The translations under genes were made by a program, and so were the position numbers. 64,000 nucleotides of DNA from Rhynchopus sp. YZ270_cl-10 (Eukaryota): positions 372,001 to 436,000 of the forward strand of contig OZ037847.1 of NCBI GenBank assembly GCA_964035575.1. Reading direction: 5' to 3'. Of the stretch, positions 31,136 through 40,166 are shown one piece after another (positions within the stretch are counted from its first letter, which is position 1; each line of letters opens with the position of its first letter). The notes below the pieces were generated by a model, which was not told the DNA's origin, did no database searches, and worked only from the letters and a program-made list of their open reading frames with translations.

Positions 31136-32812
31136 TCACAACTTGCTCTCGTTTGCAGATCCTCCTTTCGACCTTGGGGTGACGTCGAACATCTTGAAGT
31201 TGAGCGTCTTTTGGCACATGAAAAGAAACTCTGTGACAGTTCCTGGGAAGAGAACGTCAATTCTGCCGTCCTCATCTTTGTACCAGCTGGCGCAGCTGTC
31301 CCAGATACTGCCCTTCAGACGGCTTTGGAGGGAATCGTTGTAACGCTTAGCGGTTTGCTCGGTAGGGACAACCTCTACATCTTCTTCGACAATCTTGGAC
31401 AACACCTGCTCCACAACCAACAACTGGGCCTCCATCATTGCAACCACACTGTTATGCCCCAACCCCGTGTTCGGCCCCATCAGGGTAAAGAAATTCGGGT
31501 AATTCGTTGACATTGTACCAAGGTAGAACGACCCACTGCTCTTCTTCGCATCCTCATCCGTTGCCACCACCCCCTTCGGCCCTTCCATGACATAGGGAAT
31601 GCCACGTGGCGAAAACCCCGTTGCCCAGACAATGCAGTCGGTCTTGATGGAGACCTCTGTGTTGTCGTGCTTCTTCACGATGAGGTCGGTTGCGGTGGTG
31701 GCGTGGACCTGCCCGGGGATGACCTCCACGTTGTCGCGTGCCAAAGACTTCAGGTATTCATTTGAGACTAAAGCGCGTTTGCATCCAACTGGGAAGTTAG
31801 GAATCATAGCGTCTGCAAGGGCAGTGGGGTAGAGGGAGTTGACATAGGTCTTGTAGTCTGCCATCATCTTGCGGGTCACGAAGCTGCCCCCAAAGCGTAC
31901 CATGACAAAGTATACGGCCTCGTTTCTGAGGAAGACAAGAAGCCTCATAAGACTGCGCATGCCAGGCAGTGAAAGGAAGGTACGAAGCATCCCGCTAAAC
32001 TCCATGTCTGACCGCGGAAGAACCCAACCCGGTGTGCGCTGTACAACGTACAGTTTTGCTACCTCCTTCTGAAGTTCGGGAATTGCCTGTACCGCGGACG
32101 CGCCTGTTCCTACCAGGCACACGGTTTTCCCTTTCATCGTGTAATCGTGGTTCCAAGTCGCAGTGTGAATCTTCTCGCCCTGGAACACCGCTCTCTTCTC
32201 CTCAGACATAGGGTAAGAAGGAATATGCAGCCCCCCCGCACCACTCACCACCGCAAATCCTTCTCTCGTCCCAGAGCTGGTCTGGACAACCCACATCGAC
32301 CGCTTGGCGTCCCATTTGATGGATTCGATCGTCGTTTTGAAGGTAATGTACTGGCGCAGCTTGAAGTGGTCGACCAGCTCCTTGATGTACTCGAGAACCT
32401 CAGGCTGGCGGGAGTACTGCCGTCCCCACCCCCCCTTCGGGCAAGGGTAGGAGGAGAGGCCGTAGAGGAAGGACATCACGTCCACCTGGCAGCCGGGGTA
32501 TTGGTTGACGTACCAGGTGCCCCCGACCTCGTCCTCCTTCTCGATGATCTCGAAGGGGATGCCCATCTCGAGGAGCTTGATCGCAGTGGCCAGGCCGGAG
32601 AACCCGCTGCCCACAATGATGACCTTGTGGTTGCGCTTCTTGCACACAGCGGCGAGGCGGGCCCTCTTGTTGTTTTTGTCCCGTGCCTGCTTCAAGCGGA
32701 GCAGAACCGCAAGTGCTGCAACCCCTGCTGCAGCAAGTGCAGTATCCCTCGCACTCCGAAACGTCATCACAATCACCGGAATGGCGGCCGCAACCAGAAA
32801 GGGGACCGACAT
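31136..32812 (-). CDS. Baeyer-Villiger monooxygenase (type I BVMO) with N-terminal membrane anchor and PTS1
   Basis: GSGFSG Rossmann, GGTWYVNQYPG, fingerprint FQGEKIHTATW (FxGxxxHxxxW), second Rossmann GTGASA, ATGF, PNFFTLMGPNT. C-terminal SKL. Confidence 0.95.
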   Translation of the reverse strand: MSVPFLVAAAIPVIVMTFRSARDTALAAAGVAALAVLLRLKQARDKNNKRARLAAVCKKRNHKVIIVGSGFSGLATAIKLLEMGIPFEIIEKEDEVGGTWYVNQYPGCQVDVMSFLYGLSSYPCPKGGWGRQYSRQPEVLEYIKELVDHFKLRQYITFKTTIESIKWDAKRSMWVVQTSSGTREGFAVVSGAGGLHIPSYPMSEEKRAVFQGEKIHTATWNHDYTMKGKTVCLVGTGASAVQAIPELQKEVAKLYVVQRTPGWVLPRSDMEFSGMLRTFLSLPGMRSLMRLLVFLRNEAVYFVMVRFGGSFVTRKMMADYKTYVNSLYPTALADAMIPNFPVGCKRALVSNEYLKSLARDNVEVIPGQVHATTATDLIVKKHDNTEVSIKTDCIVWATGFSPRGIPYVMEGPKGVVATDEDAKKSSGSFYLGTMSTNYPNFFTLMGPNTGLGHNSVVAMMEAQLLVVEQVLSKIVEEDVEVVPTEQTAKRYNDSLQSRLKGSIWDSCASWYKDEDGRIDVLFPGTVTEFLFMCQKTLNFKMFDVTPRSKGGSANESKL

Positions 32813-32935
32813 TTTATGTTTTACTTTTTTTTCCCTGTAGATGGTGGGTGGTGGGGGGAATAATGGGTGGGGGAAATGGTTAAAATGACGTCGGCTGATT
32901 TTTACTTTTAGAATTTAAAACGGCCGCCCCATCCC

Positions 32936-34870
32936 TCAAAACTGCCCATCCCAGGTCTCCGCAGTCAGCTCCTCCCCTTCCTCTACACAGGGGCACAGCC
33001 GCATGGCGTCTGGATCTGCCGCATCGCAGCTGGGCGGCGCCCTCTCATCGAGGAGCAGGTGGTATGTGCATTGCACGTATTTGAGAGGCGGCTCTGTGGT
33101 TGCGTCTTTCTTCTTCTTCTTGCGCACCAACAGCACCGAGGGGTGGATGTCGCCCTTCCGCTGTTTCGTGTAGATCCCAGGCTCGCACGATGTGCACACA
33201 GTGTTCAGAACCTCCCCGGCTGCGTTCTCCAGAACGCGGTCGCTTGCTTCGTACCTCCCGTCGCCTTTGACGCCTTCAACGCCATACCCAGAGACGTGCT
33301 TGATGAAGTTACACGAATTCAGCTTTGTGGAGTTGAGGGATAAGAGGTGGCAGGTTTCGTGGTGTTTCTTGCATGTTTCTGTGCAGGACTGTCCATAGTC
33401 GGAGCGGCGTACAGTTACACCGGAGTAGGTGAGATTGCGTTTTGCGGCTAATGCATCAGAGTAGGGTTGGACGTACGCTTCGTCTGTGTGTCGCAGCATG
33501 TGGACGTGGGTTTTGTGTGACGCAGGTTCGATCTGTTCTTCATCGGAAAGCCAGACGCGTTCGATGTCTTCTGCAGCGGAGGGGCTAGGCCAGAAGTCGG
33601 TTTTGCCTTTGCCTTTGGTTTTGAAGCGGCTGCTGGAGAGAAACCTTTGCATTTCTTCGTTGAGCTTCCACCAATGCAAATAGGCATAGCCAAAGTCCTT
33701 TCGGGTGTCGTCCTGAGCTGGGTCTACACCCTTTAATCGTGTCTGCTTCGGCTTTGCACGGTTAAACCACGGTTTATACCCACCACGATAGTGCACCCCA
33801 ACGACACCTTCAATTTTCTTGCGCGGATCGATATTGCGTGAAAACTTATCCGGCAGAGAGCTGTAGTGGGGGCCGAAGAATTCGCGGAGCAGTGCGCCGT
33901 CTCTTCCGTTGACGGTGTTGTAGGACATAAGGTCCTTTTCGAACTTCCCCCAGATCTGTTTGTGCATAGCGACTGTAGGGCGGAAGACCATCATTCCCGT
34001 TTGGAAGTAGTTTTTCCTACCTTTGGATGGTTTTGACCCTATCGCGATTACATGAGGGTTGTCGCTGTCTTGTGGTATTTTCAAGGAGAAAACGCCGTTA
34101 GGATCGTCGGCAATCGCCATGTCTGAGTCCCAGTATGCTACTTTGTCGTATTCAGTGAAGTTGAACATATGCAGCTTCACAAAGGAGTCCTTCCACATCG
34201 ACCGTTTCAGAGTGTGTGCAAAGGAGTCGACCGAAATGACTCTGTCCCACCCAACCCTCTCCAGGCGTGTGATGCTCTCCTTGTGTACCTTCCCCTCGGT
34301 TACCAGGCATACTAGTTCTTGTGATTTTGTTTTGTATTTGTTGAGCGACCACCCCATCACCAAGGCGCCGTCAACATATTTCTCATTTCCGACAACGACG
34401 ATGTGCGCGCTTTTCTTTGTGGGGTGCGGGTCCTCGGTGTCTGCGTGGGTGTTGCTGTCTGGGGAGGTGTCTTCACTGTGGTCGCCTTCAGAGGACTCTG
34501 AGGCGTCGTGGTGGGGTTTGTGTTTTGTCTCTTTGTGTGCGTGCAATGCGTTGTGAGTTTTGTGTTTTGAATCGGTGTTATCATGCTTCTTTTTTTTGTG
34601 CTTTTTATCGGATTGGTGATTACCGTGTTGATGAACGGTGTGGTGTCTCGCGTGGTTGTCTTCTTCGTTGTCGTCGCTGTCAGAGTCTGGCGTTATCGTA
34701 TGGTGTTTTATAGAAAGCTTTTGTCCGTGTCCTTTATGCAAATGTGCAAGCTTCTCCTTCTGCCTCTCCTTCTTAATAACCTCCCCTTTCCCATCACCTA
34801 TCAACGCAAAGGGTACAACAGTCAACCCGACCATCCCCATTATCGCAACCGCCGCTATGCTTTGCTTCAT
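32936..34870 (-). CDS. Type II membrane glycosyltransferase family 8 (glycogenin-like) with His-rich stem and Cys-rich C-terminal domain
   Basis: TM anchor, then YVDGALVMGWSL, FVKLHMFNFTEYDKVAYWDSDM (DxD), FQTGMMVFRP, VHYRGGYKPW. C-terminal GQSCTETC...SCDAADPDAMRLCPC. Confidence 0.88.
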   Translation of the reverse strand: MKQSIAAVAIMGMVGLTVVPFALIGDGKGEVIKKERQKEKLAHLHKGHGQKLSIKHHTITPDSDSDDNEEDNHARHHTVHQHGNHQSDKKHKKKKHDNTDSKHKTHNALHAHKETKHKPHHDASESSEGDHSEDTSPDSNTHADTEDPHPTKKSAHIVVVGNEKYVDGALVMGWSLNKYKTKSQELVCLVTEGKVHKESITRLERVGWDRVISVDSFAHTLKRSMWKDSFVKLHMFNFTEYDKVAYWDSDMAIADDPNGVFSLKIPQDSDNPHVIAIGSKPSKGRKNYFQTGMMVFRPTVAMHKQIWGKFEKDLMSYNTVNGRDGALLREFFGPHYSSLPDKFSRNIDPRKKIEGVVGVHYRGGYKPWFNRAKPKQTRLKGVDPAQDDTRKDFGYAYLHWWKLNEEMQRFLSSSRFKTKGKGKTDFWPSPSAAEDIERVWLSDEEQIEPASHKTHVHMLRHTDEAYVQPYSDALAAKRNLTYSGVTVRRSDYGQSCTETCKKHHETCHLLSLNSTKLNSCNFIKHVSGYGVEGVKGDGRYEASDRVLENAAGEVLNTVCTSCEPGIYTKQRKGDIHPSVLLVRKKKKKDATTEPPLKYVQCTYHLLLDERAPPSCDAADPDAMRLCPCVEEGEELTAETWDGQF

Positions 34871-36241
34871 TGGATTTGAAAAGAGCAAATATTTTTTAGC
34901 GATTTCGAGAGAGGGAGCCAAAAGGAAAACAAAAATAAGAGGATAAAACAAAGCGCACCCCTGATATCCAAGTTGTCTCAATATGTGGGATAAAAAGGAA
35001 AATAAATGTGTTATGTAAACATTGTGTAAAAAATGGCTGGTAGGAGGGGGGTTGGAGGAGGGAGGATGTAAAAAGGTGGGAGAATTTTATTGTGAGTCAA
35101 AAAAAAGGGGGGGAGGGGAAGGGGGAGGGGAAGATTTTGTAAGATGAACTAAAAGCCTCACCGTTGCTTGGTCATCAGATCAAAAAAGAGATTTGTAAAA
35201 AAAGACAAAAACACAAAACACAAAATCTCACATCTGTGAGTGGAGCGAGAGAGAGAAAGTAAGTCGGTAAACGTGGCCAGAACCTTCGGATTGAAGAAGC
35301 CGACACGTGGTAGAAAGAAAAGAATAATGGAGTTGAGATGAAGTGCGCCTCGTTGTACGCACACATCTCTGTTGTTGTAAAAAGCTTGAAAGATAAAATG
35401 AGCCTCACAGCAACACAATAAAATCCAAGCGTTAGTTTAAAAAAAAAACGAGAAAAACAAAATAAAAGTTTATAAGATGACCCTAAGCCTCTGCTTACTG
35501 GGGGGGGGGGGGGGGGGGCTAATAAAGTATACGGTGCTAATAAAGTATACGGGGGTAATAAAGTATACGGCGCGGAAACCCATTTTGAGCGTGGCAATCT
35601 GTGAAATAAAGTATACGGTTTTTGTGTACATTTTTCTTACTAAAAATTTTTTTCAGCATTTTTTGCACAAAAAATCGGAATTTTTTTTTTTTTGATTTCG
35701 GTGGTCCGGATTCTGTGCGTGCTGCGATGGGGTCACTTTGCGCTGAGAAATGAGTATTTTTGACCTAAAACGCGTGTATCAGTTTTTACACGATTGGTGC
35801 CTGATGGGGTTCAGATTTGTGAAAATTTAAGTCACCAAAAAATTGTTCATTTTTCCACATTGACCCCACCACTGGCTGGGATTGGCCCAAAAATGTCAAT
35901 GGTGGTGTTTTCGCGAGGTTTCGGCCACTAGAAACCCCAAAATAACAGTGATTTTTTTTTTTTTTCCCTTTTCGTTTTTTCACGGGTCGGGAAAGATTTT
36001 TTTTTTTTTTTTTTTTTCGAGAAAAAAAATCCTCTTTTCCCGAAAAAAAAAAAAAAAAAAAAAGATTTTTCAAAATCCCAAAAATCTTTTTTATCTTTTT
36101 TTTGAAAAAAAAAAAGATTTTCAAGATCTTTTTCATCTTTTTTTCTCTTTTTTTCCTTTTTTTCCTTTTTTTTTCAGGATTTTTCAAAGATCTCAAAGAT
36201 CTCGAGAGATCCTGAAAAAAAAAGACAAAAATCCTGAAAAT

Positions 36242-37116
36242 CACGTATGGCAAATGATAATATATTATGCGCTATTATGAGATCTCATAATACATGTGAT
36301 ATTATGCGCTATTATGTGCTATTATGTGCTATTATGTGCTATTATGTGCTATTATGTGCTATTATGCGCTATTATGCGCCAATTATGCGGCGTTATGCGC
36401 TCATTATGTGCCGTACCCCCCACCCCCCCACCCAAAAAAAGTCGCTCAGAAGTGGTCAAAAGTGCCCAAAACCGGGCGGAATTCGATTTTTGGGGTACAA
36501 ATGGGCCTATGGTGTGGTTTTTATTGACTTCAGGGGGGTTTCTTTGATTTATTACCTACTTCACGTTTTTTGACGGCTTAAGATACCTTGGGTGGGAAAA
36601 CCTTTGGTACCAGGTGCTTGACACTTTTTGAAACATGGTTCTAAGTTCCACCAAGTCCCTCTAAACACCCCGAAACCGCCTGGGTACCCCTCGGGATAGG
36701 TTCTGGGGTGAAAATATGTGGCTTTGGGGGCTTTTCTGGCCCCTGGCTCACACTGAGGCGTGATGGATGTGTGAGTTGCTCTATCTACGAGGGGTGGGCA
36801 GGTACAAGTTGTATGTACATTTTTGAAAAAAGCAGATACGGGGCTTCTTGAGGCTCAAAACTGCTCAAAACCGGGCGCAGATGGATTTTTGGACATCTGA
36901 GGGTGGTACTTTCTGGTTTGGGGCATTGGGGTCGGGCACATAATGAGCACATAATGAGCACATAATAGCGCATAATCATTATGCGCTATTATGTGCTATT
37001 ATGTGCTATTATGCGCTATTATGCATTATGCGATTATTATGAGCGCGCATAATAGCGCATAATGATCTCATAATTTATTATGAGATCTCATAATAAATTA
37101 TCATTTGCCATACGTG
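36242..37116. mobile_element. Nested non-autonomous element with CAC termini and 6-bp TSD
   Basis: 20-bp perfect TIR CACGTATGGCAAATGATAAT / ATTATCATTTGCCATACGTG. GAAAAT on both sides. An empty-site paralogous sequence ATCCTGAAAATCTTGATTT lies at 37581-37599. Confidence 0.85.
36264..36410. repeat. 10-bp minisatellite (ATTATGTGCT/ATTATGCGCT)n, subterminal in the nested element
   Basis: Directly visible tandem units. A second block in both orientations at ~36938-37095. Confidence 0.9.
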
Positions 37117-40100
37117 GAAAATCTTGATTTTTTTTTTTTTCTCTCGAAAAAACACGGGTCGGGAAAGATCTTTTTTTTTTTTTTTTTTTTCGAGAAAAAA
37201 AATCCTCTTCTCCCGAAAAAAAAAAAAAAAAAAAGATTTTTGGGAGAAAAAAAAAAAGAGAAAAGATTTGAAAATCCTGGGAAAATCCTGAAAAAATCCT
37301 GAAAAATCCTGGAAAAATCCATGAAATTTCATGAAAAATCTCGAGATCTTGAGAAATCTTTGAAAAAAAAAAAAAAGATTTTCAAAATCTTTTTTTTTTT
37401 TTTTCCCCAAAAAGATTTTTCAAAATCCCAAAAATCTTTTTTATCTTTTTTTTGAGAAAAAAAAGATTTTCAAGATCTTTTTCATCTTTTTTTCTCTTTT
37501 TTTCCTTTTTTTTCCTTTTTTTTTCAGGATTTTTCAAAGATCTCAAAGATCTCGAGAGATCCTGAAAAAAAAAGACAAAAATCCTGAAAATCTTGATTTT
37601 TTTTTTTTTTCTCCCGAGATTCTCGAAAAAAGACAAAAGATCTTTCCTGACCCGTGAAAAAAGACAAAAAAAGACAAAAGATCTTTCCTAACCCGTGTTT
37701 TTTGGCCATTTAAGCAGTAATTCCCGCCGAATAAAGTATACGTATACTTTAATAGCTCCCCCCCAGTAGTCATCGGGTTGTTTGTGCGTTGATAAAACAA
37801 CGTTGGCCAAAAAAGAGAAAAAAAAGAAGAAAAACTTGAAATAATGAAGGATGCTGTCTGCTCCTAGCCACATCTTTCAAATAATTTCAGGTTTTGGTAA
37901 GAGAGTAAGAAAAGAGGAGTATTGCGTATGAAAAAAACGCCTTTTTTTGAATACTTGGTTGTATTAGTGTAGATATCCGAGGATGAAATCCACTGTTCTA
38001 CATACGTTTTGTATTTTGTTATTTTTTTTTTTGAAACTCCCTCGATAAAGACAAAGCTTGTAAGATGAACCAGACGTTGTTGAAAATAAAATTTGGAAAT
38101 AAAAACAAAAAACCTGAATGTGTCTCCCAGATAAAAAAGCAACTAAACAACAAAGTGGATGAAAAAGGGAATGTATGAAGGGGTACTCGCATCCTACAAC
38201 TGATAGAGCACATCACAGAAATGTTTCTCTTTATAGTTCCCACCTCTGTGATACAGTGTCTATCAGCTAAGGTACGACATGCCAACGCTTCCTTGCAGAA
38301 TACAAGAAAGAAAGGTGGCAATATGGGTTGTAAAGCCTTTTTGACGGCAAAAACAAGGCAAACACAAAAAAAAACTAGATGAACAAATATGTATGGGGTA
38401 TTCGATAGTGTAGCCTATCAATACTAAAATGCTTGAAAGATTGAATGCGTCTCACGAGGGTGCGCACATCTTTCTAACGAATCAAAACATACGAAAAATG
38501 ATTTTTGTAAAACAATATGGTAAAAAACGCCTCTCGCAGGCACACAGACCATCCGTGGGTTATCGAAGCACGGAGTGTTGCTGCGCTTTTGGGTGTTGCT
38601 TGACAGAGGCACACAGCATTCCTTGGATTCAAGGTGCTGTACGAAAAAAGAAAAAGTAAGATGTGCCGCTAAATGCACCTACACATCTTTAAACACGAGC
38701 AAAAAATAGAATCGCCGTTTTGCAATTGTTGCGCATCGCTCAAACCGGAGAAACTGTTGTGTGAAGAAAACTTCAAGAAGAAAAAAACGGATACCGTTTC
38801 AAAACAAAGTTGGCAAAAAGTACCACACTCGAAAAAAAAACAAAAACAAAAGTTGTTTCCAATACTTTCGATTCTACAGAAGAGAACGATACTACAGAAC
38901 TTGATAGATGAATGTGTCTCACGTCCACACAGACACAGAGTTCTTTTCTTATCATTTTGCATGCGTGTCGTTTAACACATGCAGGGGGGTAAACACTTTC
39001 TGGGATATTTCTACTCGGTAAAGTGGTGGGTAGAAAATATGCCGAAAGCTGTCTCTTCGGAACCACGTTTGTTGAACGGTTCACTGGGAACGGAAACAGG
39101 GAATGGAGGAAAGGGGGAAAATAAAAAAAAGAGACCCTCGCTGACGCGAGAGCAAACTATTCGTTGGATGTAGGTTACAGTGAAGAAAAATAAAAAACGT
39201 TGGTATGTTGGTACAGATGCTTAGGATGAATTGCTATACTCCAAATATGTTTTGTGTCCAAAAACGTCGCCAAATTACATCAAAATCCGAAATCTGCTAA
39301 ACTTATCTGCACGCAAAACTATTTGGAGTACAGAATGATGGAGGTGTCCATCAGTATGTTGATCGTGCAATACGGGGAGCGGGATTTCACAACTTTTGAC
39401 AATTTTTCACACCCAAAAAAGTCAAGCAAAGCTGACAAAAGTTGGTGCACAGATGTGAAGAGTTGTGAAACCCCACCCTCGTACAGCATCAGTTGATGTA
39501 CAAAAATAAAATGTTAGCCTGCAAACACCCATGGGTATATGCAGGCACAAACCAAAAGAAAGCAAATAAGAAATGTAAAATTCATTGTGCAGCGCACAAC
39601 ATCTAATCGATCGAGAGTAAAAATAAAAAACAGTTTTGTGTAAGCTGAACCTAAGTCTCGCTCATCAAAACAAAAGGGGCGGGGGGGTGTTTGGTTGGTA
39701 TGAGCTGGAACCAGTCGACGATACCACGTCCAGCTGCAAAAACGTTGGCCTACAAAAAAATAGGAAAAAACAGGGGGGAAGCTTGCAAGATGAATGAACC
39801 ACACAACACAGGGGTACAGACATCATGGGTAAAGATAGGGTACAGTCCAGGAGACACAAAAACACCCCCATCCCCAACTTGACAACTTTCGGGAGTGTGT
39901 TCTCGGTTTCTCTCTCTCCCATCTGAGAGGGTGGTAAAAGAAACCGCGACACACCCCGAACAACAGACCATCTCCGACAAATCTGTTTTCAGAAAAAGAA
40001 GTACATTCCCTTTTCGGGTTCAAAGCTGGGGCGGTGTCTCAAATAAAAAAAGCTATTTTTTTGTTTGTTTTTTGGATCAATGTGTTTGGCTGCACATTCA

Positions 40101-40166
40101 TCAGTAAGATAGGCGTCACCTTACAACGTTGGTAGGTTGAGAAATGCTTCGAATATCAAACCCTTT

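Larger units (their letters stand above)
35498..37766. mobile_element. Non-autonomous TA-flanked (Tc1/mariner-type) element, 2269 bp
   Basis: Ends CTGGGGG(n)GCTAATAAAGTATACG and CGTATACTTTAATAGCTCCCCCCCAG. TA at 35496-35497 and 37767-37768. Repeated AATAAAGTATACG subterminal motifs. Removing the element restores an M1 motif (GCTTAGTCATC). Confidence 0.85.

Noticed and set aside
6392..34870. P4H + GH27 + GT8 as a hydroxyproline-glycosylation gene cluster
   Set aside because: Widely separated by unrelated genes, and functional clustering is not expected in such directional arrays.
35521..35617. Repeated AATAAAGTATACGG units as a CRISPR-like array
   Set aside because: Repeats are too short, spacers are 3-40 nt and irregular, there are no cas genes, and the units are explained as transposon subterminal repeats.
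36247..36573. Short ORFs with CYYVLLCAIM repeats, and K/F-rich ORFs at 35786-37800
   Set aside because: Translations of the 10-bp minisatellite and A/T homopolymer repeats inside non-autonomous elements.
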